Positions 19,656 to 28,724 are shown, numbered from the stretch's first letter. The stretch: 64,000 nt of DNA from Rubrivivax sp. (GCA_044374875.1 JBILNT010000001.1:2214-66213), one strand, 5' to 3'. Numbers and translations: made by a program. Notes: generated by a model not told the origin, from the letters alone.

Positions 19656-21281
19656 ATGGCCCGGGATCTTCCTTCGCACTGGGACGTCGTCGTCGTGGGC
19701 ACCGGCATGGCCGGCGCCACGCTGGGCCTGGCGCTGGCGCGGGCCGGGCGCCGCGTGCTGTTCCTGGAGCAGGGCAGCACCGGCATCGGCGACGCCGGTC
19801 TTCGCGGGCGCTATCCCGAACTCGAGCCGCCGCGGCGCGGCGGCGTGCTCGGCGAGGCCGACCGCGATCTGCTCCATGCCGCCGGGCGCGAGGCGGGCAT
19901 GGTGCTCGACCGCAGCGCCGGCCGCGAGCGGCGCTTCGTGCCCTACGTGGGCGCCGGTGCCGGCGGCTCGAGTGCCCTGTACGGCATGGCGCTGGAGCGC
20001 TTCCTGCCCGCCGACTTCACGCCCCGGCTGCACCTGCGCGACGCGCCCGAGGCCGCTGTCGTCGACGCGTGGCCCGTGTCCTTCGACGAGATGCTGCCTT
20101 GGTACCGCGCCGCCGAGGCCCTGTACGGCGTGCGCGGCACGACCGACCCGCTCGCAGCGCGCTTCGGCGCGCACGACCCCGCGCGCTCGCTGCCTGCGCC
20201 GCCGCCGCTCACCCCCGCCATGGCCGAGCTGGCCGTGCATCTGCAGCGCGGCGGCTGCCACCCCTACCGGCTCCCGATGGCCTGCGAGTTCGTCGCGGGC
20301 TGCCAGGGCTGCCAGGGCGTGCTGTGCCCGCTGCCGTGCAAGAACGACGCGGCGCGCGTGGCGCTGGCGCCTGCCGTGCGCGACCACGGTGCCGCCCTGC
20401 AGAGCGGCGCGCGCGTGGTCGCGCTCGACGCCGACCGCCGCCGCGTGCGCAGCGTCGTGGCCGAGGTTCAGGGCCGGCAGCGGGCTTTCACCGCCGACGT
20501 GGTGGTGCTGGCCGCCGGTGCGCTGCAGACCCCGGCGCTGCTGCTGCGCTCGCGAGGCGAGCACTGGCCACGGGGGCTGGCCAATGGCTCGGGCCTGGTG
20601 GGCCGCCACCTGATGCGCCACCTGATCGACATCCACCTCGTGCGCGTCGACCCGGCGTTGCGCCCGGGCCTGGACAACCGCCGCAAGGAGATCGCCTTCA
20701 GCGACTTCTGCGTTGCCGACGGCGAGCGCCTGGGCTCGGTGCAGTCGTTCGGCCGGCTGCCGCCGGTGCCCATGATCACCGGCGCCCTCGCCGACGACCT
20801 GCGCGCCGCAGGGGTTCCCGCCGCCGGGTTGTTCACCGCACTGGCCTCGCCCCTGCTGCGGCCGGTGCTGCGCGGGCTCGTCGACGACACGCTGGGCCTG
20901 GCCGCCATCACCGAGGACCTTCCCTATGCCGACAACCGCGTCGAGCCCGGTCCGCAGGGCAGCGTGGTGCTGCACTACCGGCTGCGTGCCGAGGGGCATC
21001 GGCGGGTGGGCCTGATGCGTCGGCGGCTGTCCGAGGTGCTGCGCGGGCGCCTGCGCCAGGTGCTCGAGCAGCATGCCAACAACCAGCGCATCGCCCACGT
21101 GTGCGGCACCTGCCGCTTCGGCGACGACCCGCGCACCAGCGTGCTCGACCGTCACAACCGTGCCCACGAGCTCGACAACCTCCACGTCGTCGACGCGTCG
21201 TTCTTCCCGTCCAGCGGCGGCACCAACCCGAGCCTGACCATCGCGGCCAATGCGCTGCGGGTGGGGGCGCACCTGGCCTGA
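19656..21281 (+). CDS. GMC-family FAD oxidoreductase
   Basis: VVGTGMAG, GAGAGGSSALYG, LAAGALQTPALLLRS, HVCGTCRFG, DASFFPSSGGTNPSLTIAANA. Confidence 0.9.
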   Translation: MARDLPSHWDVVVVGTGMAGATLGLALARAGRRVLFLEQGSTGIGDAGLRGRYPELEPPRRGGVLGEADRDLLHAAGREAGMVLDRSAGRERRFVPYVGAGAGGSSALYGMALERFLPADFTPRLHLRDAPEAAVVDAWPVSFDEMLPWYRAAEALYGVRGTTDPLAARFGAHDPARSLPAPPPLTPAMAELAVHLQRGGCHPYRLPMACEFVAGCQGCQGVLCPLPCKNDAARVALAPAVRDHGAALQSGARVVALDADRRRVRSVVAEVQGRQRAFTADVVVLAAGALQTPALLLRSRGEHWPRGLANGSGLVGRHLMRHLIDIHLVRVDPALRPGLDNRRKEIAFSDFCVADGERLGSVQSFGRLPPVPMITGALADDLRAAGVPAAGLFTALASPLLRPVLRGLVDDTLGLAAITEDLPYADNRVEPGPQGSVVLHYRLRAEGHRRVGLMRRRLSEVLRGRLRQVLEQHANNQRIAHVCGTCRFGDDPRTSVLDRHNRAHELDNLHVVDASFFPSSGGTNPSLTIAANALRVGAHLA

Positions 21282-21299
21282 GAGCCTGAGAGGACCTGC

Positions 21300-22163
21300 A
21301 TGGCACACCCTCCTGAGAGCCCCGAAGGCGTCGGCGGCGCCTACGTCGTCGAGCCGCGCAACAAGTTCTTCGAGGCCATCCGCGCGGTCGCCGACTTCGA
21401 GGTCCGGCCCGGTCCCACGGTGACGTTCATCGCCGAGATCGACCTCACCGAGATCGATGCCGTGCGCCGCGGCGCCCCGGGCGTCAAGCCTTCCTACACC
21501 GCCTTCGTCGCGAAGGCGGTGGCGCTGGCGTTGCGCGACTTCCCCTACGCCAACCGGCGCGTCTGGCGGCCGCCTTCCACGCTGTGGCTCGGGGCGCGGC
21601 TCGTCACCTTCCAGCGCTGCGACGTGGCCATCGCGTCCGAGCGCAACGTGCCCGGCGCCGAGTCGGTCGCGTTCTTCGACGTCTTTCGCGACGTCGACCG
21701 CGCGTCGCTCGAGTCGCTCACCGAAGGCCTGCAGGCGCTGGCGGCCAGCGACATCGCCAACAACGCGCAGTGGCGCTCGTTCAGCGGCCTGATCACGAAG
21801 ACGCCCCAGTGGCTGTCGACCTTGCTCATCCGGCTGCCCTACTACTTCCCGAAGGCCTGGATCCGCTACCGCGGTGCGTCGGTGCTGATCAGCTCGCCTG
21901 CCAAGTACGGCGTCGATGCGGTCGTCGCGGCGCAGTCGTTCCCGCTGTCGCTGGCCTTCGGCCTGGTCAAGCCGCGGCCCATCGTGCGCGACGGCCAGGT
22001 CGTGCCCGCGCGCACCTGCACGCTCACGCTGAACTTCGACCGCCGCATCATGGCCGGTGCGCAGGCAGCGCGGTTCTTCAAGCGCATCGTCGACCGGCTC
22101 GAGCACGCCCGGGACGAGCTGCCCTGCGGCCAGGCGGCTGCCGCGGGCCGGGAGGGCGCATGA
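21300..22163 (+). CDS. Stand-alone 2-oxoacid dehydrogenase E2 (CAT-fold) acyltransferase-like domain with atypical active site
   Basis: EIDLT, SYTAFVAKAVALALRDFPYAN, PIVRDGQVV, TLTLNFDRRIMAGAQAARFF (canonical DHRxxDG is altered); no lipoyl domain. Confidence 0.8.
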   Translation: MAHPPESPEGVGGAYVVEPRNKFFEAIRAVADFEVRPGPTVTFIAEIDLTEIDAVRRGAPGVKPSYTAFVAKAVALALRDFPYANRRVWRPPSTLWLGARLVTFQRCDVAIASERNVPGAESVAFFDVFRDVDRASLESLTEGLQALAASDIANNAQWRSFSGLITKTPQWLSTLLIRLPYYFPKAWIRYRGASVLISSPAKYGVDAVVAAQSFPLSLAFGLVKPRPIVRDGQVVPARTCTLTLNFDRRIMAGAQAARFFKRIVDRLEHARDELPCGQAAAAGREGA

Positions 22164-22594
22164 AGTCCATCGTCACCGAAGTGCAGATCGCCGCGCCGGC
22201 GGCCCGGGTGTGGCAGATCCTGACCGATCTCGACCGCTACGCCGAGTGGAACCCGCTGATCCGCCATGCCGGCGGGGCGGTCGTGCAAGGCGCTTTCGTC
22301 GACCTCGACATCCAGCCCGAGGGGCTGTCCCGTCGCCGCGCGGCCGTCGAGCTGCTGAGGGTCGACCCTTGCCGTGAACTGCGCTGGCGGGGCCGGCTGC
22401 TCGTGGGCGGCCTGCTCGACGGTGACCACAGCTTCCTCCTGCGCCCCGTCTCGGAGCGGTCGGTGGCCGTGGTGCAGAAGGAGGACTTCTCGGGGCTGCT
22501 GGTGCCCTTCGTGGCGCCGGTGCTGGTGCCGCGGATGAGGGCAGCGTTCGAGCGGATGAACCAGGCCCTGAAGGTGCGCGCCGAGTCGGCTTGA
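22160..22594 (+). CDS. SRPBCC/START (polyketide cyclase-like) protein
   Basis: IAAPAARVWQILTDLDRYAEWNP, ELRWRG, DGDHSF, EDFSGLLVP, MNQALK; ATGA overlap with the upstream gene. Confidence 0.88.
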   Translation: MKSIVTEVQIAAPAARVWQILTDLDRYAEWNPLIRHAGGAVVQGAFVDLDIQPEGLSRRRAAVELLRVDPCRELRWRGRLLVGGLLDGDHSFLLRPVSERSVAVVQKEDFSGLLVPFVAPVLVPRMRAAFERMNQALKVRAESA

Positions 22595-22629
22595 GCGTGC
22601 GGGCCGGCCATGTCACGCGATGTCATGTC

Positions 22630-22694
22630 CGGTGCGGCCCCGCCCCGTCGGGGCCGCACCGCCGGCATGGCCCCATGCTGCGGGGCCGTGCCGG
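22630..22694. terminator. Two tandem GC-rich hairpins between convergent genes
   Basis: CGGTGCGGCCCCG/CGGGGCCGCACCG perfect 13-bp stem (22630-22661), then CCGGCATGGCCCC/GGGGCCGTGCCGG (22662-22694); no U-tract. Confidence 0.6.
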
Positions 22695-22706
22695 GCCGCC
22701 AGGAAC

Positions 22707-23738
22707 TCAGGCGCGGCGGCGACGGGTCGCGGCGCCCATCCCGGCCAGGGCCAGGCCCACGAGGGCCAGCGATGCCGGCTCGGGCACGCCGGTCACCGGC
22801 GAGTTGAAGTCGGTCTGTGCCACGAAGTCCGGGTTGGCCGGGTCGAGGCCGTTCACGTCCCCGACCACGGGCGTGTAGCCCGTCGGGTTGGTCTGGCCCG
22901 CATAGGTCGCCAACTGGTGGTTCGTGTCGCACTCGCTGGCCTGGGTCGTGCCCACGTCGCCGTTGGTCCGTGCCGTGACGTTGAAGCAATCCGACGGATC
23001 GACGGACAGGTAGGGCAGGCCGATCGAGATGTTCTCGTAGTTGATCGTGAACCCCGCCAGCGTCGTGAGGAAGAACGTGCCGTCCAGCACCTTCGACGTC
23101 AGGCCGGCCTGGATGTTGCCCTGGCTGCCGGAGCCCTGCACCGTCAGCTGGCCCGGGTAATCGTCGTTGGGCACGTCGCCGACGGTGCCGTCGAGCGCGA
23201 CCAGCGGCTTCGTGCCGTCGACCCCGAAGCTGCCGAGCGAAGCGCCCAGCCCTTCCAGGCGCCCGATCATGCGGCCGTCGTTGAAGTTGGCGCCCGTCAG
23301 GTTGTCCGAGTTGGCGGTGCTTGTGAAGTAGAACTCGACCCAGCCTGCGCCCGTGGTGCGGAACTGCGCGAAGGGATCGGTGCCGCCGATGAAGTTGGTC
23401 ACGCGCTCGGTGATCCTGGCGACCATGGTGATCTCGCCGAGCGAGTTGTCGATGCCGATGGACGTCCCGTTCGCGTCGATGTAGCCGATCAGCTTGGCGT
23501 GCGTGTACACGTCGAACTGGCACCCGGCGTTGTCCGCGCCGCAGTTCCCGCTGGCGAAGTTGCCGATCGCCAGGTTGCCGTCCTTGGCCAGGAAGCTGGT
23601 CGGCGCCCAGTCGAGCGCCGTCGCGTTGATGACGCCACCAGGCGCCGCGCCGTTGAGGTCCAGCGTGAGCGCGGCATGCGCAGTCCCGCCGAACGCGAAC
23701 GCGCTGGCGACCAGGGCTCCCAGAATTGTCTTGCGCAT
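22707..23738 (-). CDS. PEP-CTERM sorting-domain protein, flocculation-associated PepA-like
   Basis: Signal peptide MRKTILG...AHA; C-terminal VPEPASLALVGLALAGMGAATRRRRA; Gly/Thr/Asn/Asp-rich; AAAGGA RBS upstream. Confidence 0.93.
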   Translation of the reverse strand: MRKTILGALVASAFAFGGTAHAALTLDLNGAAPGGVINATALDWAPTSFLAKDGNLAIGNFASGNCGADNAGCQFDVYTHAKLIGYIDANGTSIGIDNSLGEITMVARITERVTNFIGGTDPFAQFRTTGAGWVEFYFTSTANSDNLTGANFNDGRMIGRLEGLGASLGSFGVDGTKPLVALDGTVGDVPNDDYPGQLTVQGSGSQGNIQAGLTSKVLDGTFFLTTLAGFTINYENISIGLPYLSVDPSDCFNVTARTNGDVGTTQASECDTNHQLATYAGQTNPTGYTPVVGDVNGLDPANPDFVAQTDFNSPVTGVPEPASLALVGLALAGMGAATRRRRA

Positions 23739-23803
23739 CTCGAATCCTTTCAGTCGTGGTTGACGCAGTGGGCGGTACGACCGACCCACCTGCCACGAGA
23801 TTC

Positions 23804-23819
23804 AGCAAGCGCTGTGCCA
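23804..23819 (-). promoter_or_regulatory. Sigma-54 (-24/-12) promoter of the PEP-CTERM gene
   Basis: Minus strand reads TGGCAC-AGCGC-TTGCT, an exact match to TGGCAC-N5-TTGCW, about 65 nt upstream of the ATG. Confidence 0.9.
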
Positions 23820-23882
23820 CACCAGGAAAGTCCTTTCATCACAAGCACTTGACGAATCGAACCCGGTGCGCTCGAGGATGGC

Positions 23883-23899
23883 TGTAAAGCCTTCCGACA
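23883..23899. promoter_or_regulatory. Candidate PrsR enhancer (PEP-CTERM box), TGT-N11-ACA
   Basis: TGTAAAGCCTTCCGACA about 65 nt upstream of the sigma-54 site, with a weak IHF-like TCAAgtgcTTG between them. Confidence 0.7.
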
Positions 23900-23902
23900 C
23901 CT

Positions 23903-25132
23903 TCAGCCGGCGGCTGACGGCGGCGGCGCGGGCCAGCCGGGCGGCCGGCCACCCGGCCAGCCCGTCGCGCTGCCCGTGGCGCCCACCCGAGCCCGCCCCT
24001 TCGCGATGAGCCGCCCCGCCGTCTCTGCCACAGCCCGAGCCCCGCACCGGTCGGCCCGCAGGCACACGCCCAGCCCTGCCGCCTCCAGCGCGCCCATGTT
24101 CAGGAACTGGTCCATGTTCGACGCGATGCCCAGCACCGGCACGCCGGCGGCCAGGGCCTGCTGGGTGGTCATGCTGCCGCCGTTGCACACCACCAGGCAG
24201 GCCCGGCGGGCGGCCTCCAGGCCGGGCAGGTAGTCGGCCACGAACACGTTGGGCGCGGGCGCGGGCCGCGCGGCTGCGCCGGCCATCGCGACGATGACGG
24301 TCACGTCCAGCGCGGCCAGCGCGTCCACCACGCGAGCGGCCAGGGCCGGGTCGCCGGAACTGCCCAGCGTCACGTAGACCACCGGGTGGTCGGCGGGCAG
24401 GGTGTTCCACCACGCGGGCAGCGGGACCGGGGGCGACCACAGCAGCGGCCCCAGGTAGTGGTGCGTCGCCGGGCGACCCCGCGTGGGAAACAGCGCCTCG
24501 TCGTCGGCGTACAGCGTCAGGTCAGCGTCGGTGTAGACGCGGCGCAGGTCGTGCCCCAGCGACGGCAGCCCGTGCTCGCGCCGCAGCTGGTTCACCGGCC
24601 GGCAGTGCATCGCGAACGCGACCGGCTGCGCCAGCCGGAAGAGCTGCCGGGCCAGCATGATCGGCATGAAGCGCGTCATCGGCAGCACCGGCAGCGGGAA
24701 GCCCGGCCGCGCGTAGTGGGGGCTCCAGTAGGCGTTGGTGACCGTCGCGTAGGGCACGCCGGCAAGCCGGGCGCTGACCGAGAGCGACAGCCGGAAATCG
24801 CCCACCACCACGTCGGGCCGGTGCCGCTCGATCAGCGCCAGGTCTTCCTGCACGTAGCGGCGCAGCGTCGGCGTGTCGTACACCGGGCTGCCCTGGGCCA
24901 GCGCACGCACGAACTGCTCGCCGGGGATGCTGTCCAGGTGGGTGTGGGTCCAGCGTTCGCTGTGCACGAAACGCTCGTAGCGCGAGTGGCATGCCACCAC
25001 GCACTCGTGTTCCTGTGGCGGCAGTCCGGCGGCCAGCACCAGCGGGCGCGCCACGTGCGCCAGCGTCACCGCTTCGGCGAAGAACAGCACGCGCTGCCTG
25101 CGGGAGGGCTCCGTCGCGGTGGTGCCGGCCAT
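23903..25132 (-). CDS. GT-B glycosyltransferase (GT1/GT28, MGT-like)
   Basis: EAVTLAHVARP, PDVVVGDFR, VYVTLGSSG, VVCNGG, GVPVLGI...NMDQ. Confidence 0.85.
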   Translation of the reverse strand: MAGTTATEPSRRQRVLFFAEAVTLAHVARPLVLAAGLPPQEHECVVACHSRYERFVHSERWTHTHLDSIPGEQFVRALAQGSPVYDTPTLRRYVQEDLALIERHRPDVVVGDFRLSLSVSARLAGVPYATVTNAYWSPHYARPGFPLPVLPMTRFMPIMLARQLFRLAQPVAFAMHCRPVNQLRREHGLPSLGHDLRRVYTDADLTLYADDEALFPTRGRPATHHYLGPLLWSPPVPLPAWWNTLPADHPVVYVTLGSSGDPALAARVVDALAALDVTVIVAMAGAAARPAPAPNVFVADYLPGLEAARRACLVVCNGGSMTTQQALAAGVPVLGIASNMDQFLNMGALEAAGLGVCLRADRCGARAVAETAGRLIAKGRARVGATGSATGWPGGRPPGWPAPPPSAAG

Positions 25133-25454
25133 GCCTTGTCCTTCCGTGAGGTGAGAAATCCCTGCGAATCCCGGGGCGCCCGCGGCGCGGGCCCGTGCCC
25201 GAACGTGAAGGTTCTCACGCCGAGCGCCTCCAGGTCCCCTCCCCGGCGCGCGAAGCCCTTCAGACACGGGAGTGTCCGGCCGCCCGTGCGCGAATAGACT
25301 CGTTTGCACTTCCGGTGGCGCGAGCTGCCGGTCGGGCAGCGCGTGCACCCTGTCGTGAAGTTTGCTTCATCCGGTCCCGGCCCTGGCACGGCCCGCACCG
25401 TCTGCACCGTTTGAAACGTTTGCACAGCCTGCATCGAACCATTCGCGAGGTCCC

Positions 25455-26096
25455 ATGTTGAAGCGCCTGCCCTTCGTCATCCAGCGTGCCCGCGTCGTCG
25501 TGGCGTCCGTCGTCGCGCTGTCCCTGCTTGGCGGCTGTGCGGCTGTGAACACCGACCATCCCCCGGCGCCGGCCGCGCTCGGCAGCGGCTTCGACTACAC
25601 CTACCTGATCGGCCCGGGCGACAGCGTCAACATCATCGTGTGGCGCAATCCCGAGCTGTCGCTCGCCGTGCCGGTGCGGCCCGACGGCAAGATCGCCGCC
25701 CCGCTGGTCGATGAGCTGCCCGCCGCGGGCAAGACCTCGGTGGAACTCGCCCGCGAGATCGAGAAGGTGCTCGGCAAGTACGTCCGCGACCCGATCGTCA
25801 CGGTCATGGTCAACGGCTTCGTCGGCCAGTACAGCGAGCAGATCCGGGTCGTCGGCGAAGCGGCGCGGCCGCTGGCGCTGCCCTACAAGAACAAGATGAC
25901 CGTGCTCGACGTGATGATCGCCGTCGGCGGCCTCACGGACTTCGCCGCCGGCAACCGCGCGACCATCCTGCGCACCGGCGAAGGCAACAGGCAGTACTCG
26001 GTGCGGCTCAACGACCTGCTCAAGCGCGGCGACGTCTCGGCCAACGTCGAGATGCGGCCGGGTGACATCCTGATCATCCCGCAGAGCTTCTTCTGA
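25455..26096 (+). CDS. Polysaccharide export lipoprotein (Wza-like), XrtA system
   Basis: Lipobox LLGGC, YLIGPGD, VRPDGKI, VGGLTDFAAGN, PGDILIIP. Confidence 0.92.
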   Translation: MLKRLPFVIQRARVVVASVVALSLLGGCAAVNTDHPPAPAALGSGFDYTYLIGPGDSVNIIVWRNPELSLAVPVRPDGKIAAPLVDELPAAGKTSVELAREIEKVLGKYVRDPIVTVMVNGFVGQYSEQIRVVGEAARPLALPYKNKMTVLDVMIAVGGLTDFAAGNRATILRTGEGNRQYSVRLNDLLKRGDVSANVEMRPGDILIIPQSFF

Positions 26097-26157
26097 CCCG
26101 GCCCGAAGCGCCGCCGCGCGCTCGCCGGCACTCCCCACGCACCAGCGCCACACCCCC

Positions 26158-27759
26158 ATGCAAGAGATCGTCCGCCAGCTCGTAGCCATCCTACGCGGCA
26201 TGTGGCGCTACCGCTGGCCCGCCCTCGTCGTGAGCTGGGTCGTCGCGCTCGTCGGCGTGGTGGTGGTGTTCCGCATCCCCGACCAGTACCAGGCGCAGGC
26301 ACGCATCTACGTCGACACCCAGTCGATCCTCAAGCCGCTGATGGCGGGCCTGACGGTCCAGCCCAACGTGCAGCAGCAGGTCGCGATGCTCAGCCGCACG
26401 CTGATCAGCCGGCCCAACCTCGAGAAGCTCGTGCGCATGGCCGACCTCGACCTGAAGAGCGACAGCAAGGCCGAGCAGGACGCGCTGATCGAGAAGCTGG
26501 CCAAGGAGATCCGCATCCAGAACACCGGCCGCGACAACCTCTACTCGCTGGTCTACGAGGACAGCGACCAGGAGAAGGCCAAGCGCGTGATCCAGTCGAT
26601 GGTGTCGATCTTCGTCGAGTCGAGCCTGGGCGCCACCCGCAAGGACACCGACGCCGCGAAGATCTTCCTCAACGAGCAGATCCGCCAGCACGAGCTCAAG
26701 CTCGAGGAGGCCGAGACGCGCCTGAAGGAGTTCAGGATGCGCAACATCGACCGGCAGTTCGTCGAAGGCCAGGATGCGACGAGCCAGGTCTCTGCCATCG
26801 CCAACCAGCTGCGCCAGGCGCAGCTCGAGCTGCGCGAGGCCGAGAACGCGCGCAACGCGGCCAAGGCGCAGCTCGACGCCGAACTCAAGGGCGCCGGCGC
26901 GGCGCCCGGCTCGCCGGCCATCGACCCCGCCACCATCCCCGTGGCCACCCCCGAGATCGATGCCCGCATGGAGGCCCAGAGGCGCAACCTCGACGTGCTG
27001 CTGCAGCGCTACACCGACCAGCACCCCGACGTCGTCATCACGCGCAAGCTGCTGAAGGACCTCGAGGAGCAGAAGGTGCGCGAGGTGGCCGAGTTGCGCA
27101 AGGCCGCTGCCGCGCGCGCCGCTGCGGCTGCCGCCGCGGGCGGCGCCGCCGCCGCCGCGGGCTCCGGCAACGTCATCATCCAGGAACTCAACCGCATGGT
27201 GGCCACTGCAGAGGTGCAGGTCGGTTCCCTCAAGGCCCGCGTGGGTGAATTCCAGGCGCGCCTGGCCGCCGCCCGCGAGGCGCTCAAGACCGCGCCGCAG
27301 ATCGAGGCCGAGGCCGCCCAGCTCAACCGCGACTACGGCGTCATCAGGCAGAACTACGAGGCGCTGGTCGAGCGCCGGCAGTCGGTCGTGATGTCGGGCG
27401 AGCTGGAAGTGGCCTCCGGGGTCGCGGACTTCCGCCTCATCGATCCGCCGCGCGTCTCGCCGCGCCCGGTGGCCCCGAACCGCCTGCTGCTGCTGCCGGC
27501 CGCGCTGGCCGTCGCGCTGCTGGCCGGGCTGGCGGTCGCCTTCGCGATGAGCCAGCTGCGGCCGGCCTTCATCGATGCCGACGAACTCCGCACCAAGACC
27601 GGCCTGCCGCTGCTGGGCGTGGTGTCGCTCGTGATGAGCGACGTGGATCGCCGCCGCGAACGCCTCGGCCTGTTGCGCTTTGCCGGCGCGTCCGGCGGGC
27701 TCGCCGGGCTCTTCGTGCTGGGCATCGTGGCCCTGGCGCTGCTCGCGCAGCGCGGCTGA
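26158..27759 (+). CDS. Polysaccharide chain length determinant (Wzc N-terminal/PCP), XrtA system
   Basis: N- and C-terminal TM segments, long coiled coil, LNRDY, IDPP..PVAPNR, GLPLLG. Confidence 0.92.
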   Translation: MQEIVRQLVAILRGMWRYRWPALVVSWVVALVGVVVVFRIPDQYQAQARIYVDTQSILKPLMAGLTVQPNVQQQVAMLSRTLISRPNLEKLVRMADLDLKSDSKAEQDALIEKLAKEIRIQNTGRDNLYSLVYEDSDQEKAKRVIQSMVSIFVESSLGATRKDTDAAKIFLNEQIRQHELKLEEAETRLKEFRMRNIDRQFVEGQDATSQVSAIANQLRQAQLELREAENARNAAKAQLDAELKGAGAAPGSPAIDPATIPVATPEIDARMEAQRRNLDVLLQRYTDQHPDVVITRKLLKDLEEQKVREVAELRKAAAARAAAAAAAGGAAAAAGSGNVIIQELNRMVATAEVQVGSLKARVGEFQARLAAAREALKTAPQIEAEAAQLNRDYGVIRQNYEALVERRQSVVMSGELEVASGVADFRLIDPPRVSPRPVAPNRLLLLPAALAVALLAGLAVAFAMSQLRPAFIDADELRTKTGLPLLGVVSLVMSDVDRRRERLGLLRFAGASGGLAGLFVLGIVALALLAQRG

Positions 27760-27770
27760 CCGAGGTGAAC

Positions 27771-28721
27771 ATGAGCAGCTTGATCGAACAGGCCGCGCAG
27801 CGCCTGGAGCAACTCCGCCAGGCCGGCGTCACCGTCCCCGAGACGGAACCCGTCGCGCCCGCCGCCTCGGTACCCGCCGCGGTCGTGCCCGAGGCGGTCG
27901 TGCCGGCCGCGGAGCCGACCCGCGCGTCGCGTCGCGTCGAACTCGACTTCGCCGCCATCGCGCAGCGAGGCATCGTCACGCCCGACGCCCCGCGAACGGC
28001 CGTTGCCGACCAGTTCCGCGTCATCAAGCGCCCGCTCATCGCCAATGCCGCAGGCCGCGGGGCGGCCACGCTCACGCACGGCAACCTGATCATGGTGACC
28101 AGCGCCATGTCGGGCGAGGGCAAGAGCTTCACGTCGGTGAACCTCGCGATGAGCATCGCCGCCGAACTCGACCACACCGTGATGCTGGTCGACGCCGACG
28201 TCGCATGCCCGGCGCTCGTCCGCGTGCTGGGCCTGCCCGAAGGGCCGGGCCTGCTCGACGTGCTCGAGCGCAAGGCCGACCTGGCGGACGCGATGATGCG
28301 CACCAACGTGCCCAAGCTCACCATCCTGCCCAGCGGCACGCCGCACCCGAAGGCCACCGAGCTGCTGGCCAGCGAGGTCATGAGCAGCCTGCTCGACGAG
28401 ATGGCCACGCGCTACCCCGATCGCATCATCATCTTCGACTCGCCGCCGCTGCTGCTGACCACCGAGTCGCGCGTGCTGGCCACGCACATGGGGCAGATCG
28501 TGATGGTCGTGGCCGCCGGCCGCACGCTGCAAAGCCAGGTGCAGCACGCGCTCGACACCATCGAGAGCTGCCCCGTGAAGATGCTGGTGCTGAACAAGGC
28601 CCGCACGGACAGGCAGTCCTATGGCTACGGCTATGGCTACGGCTACGGCTATGGCCATGGCTACGGGCATGGTCCGGCGGCCGAGGGCGGCGCGCCGGCG
28701 CAGCCGCAGCCCCAGGCCTGA
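27771..28721 (+). CDS. XrtA-associated tyrosine autokinase (BY-kinase)
   Basis: SAMSGEGKS, LVDAD, IFDSPP, C-terminal Tyr cluster YGYGYGYGYGYGHGYG. Confidence 0.93.
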   Translation: MSSLIEQAAQRLEQLRQAGVTVPETEPVAPAASVPAAVVPEAVVPAAEPTRASRRVELDFAAIAQRGIVTPDAPRTAVADQFRVIKRPLIANAAGRGAATLTHGNLIMVTSAMSGEGKSFTSVNLAMSIAAELDHTVMLVDADVACPALVRVLGLPEGPGLLDVLERKADLADAMMRTNVPKLTILPSGTPHPKATELLASEVMSSLLDEMATRYPDRIIIFDSPPLLLTTESRVLATHMGQIVMVVAAGRTLQSQVQHALDTIESCPVKMLVLNKARTDRQSYGYGYGYGYGYGHGYGHGPAAEGGAPAQPQPQA

Positions 28722-28724
28722 GCG

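Noticed and set aside
23802-24000. Possible frameshift in the C-terminus of the GT1 glycosyltransferase
   Set aside because: The tail is low complexity, but all catalytic motifs precede it and the alternative frame would run through the PEP-CTERM promoter; undecidable without alignment.
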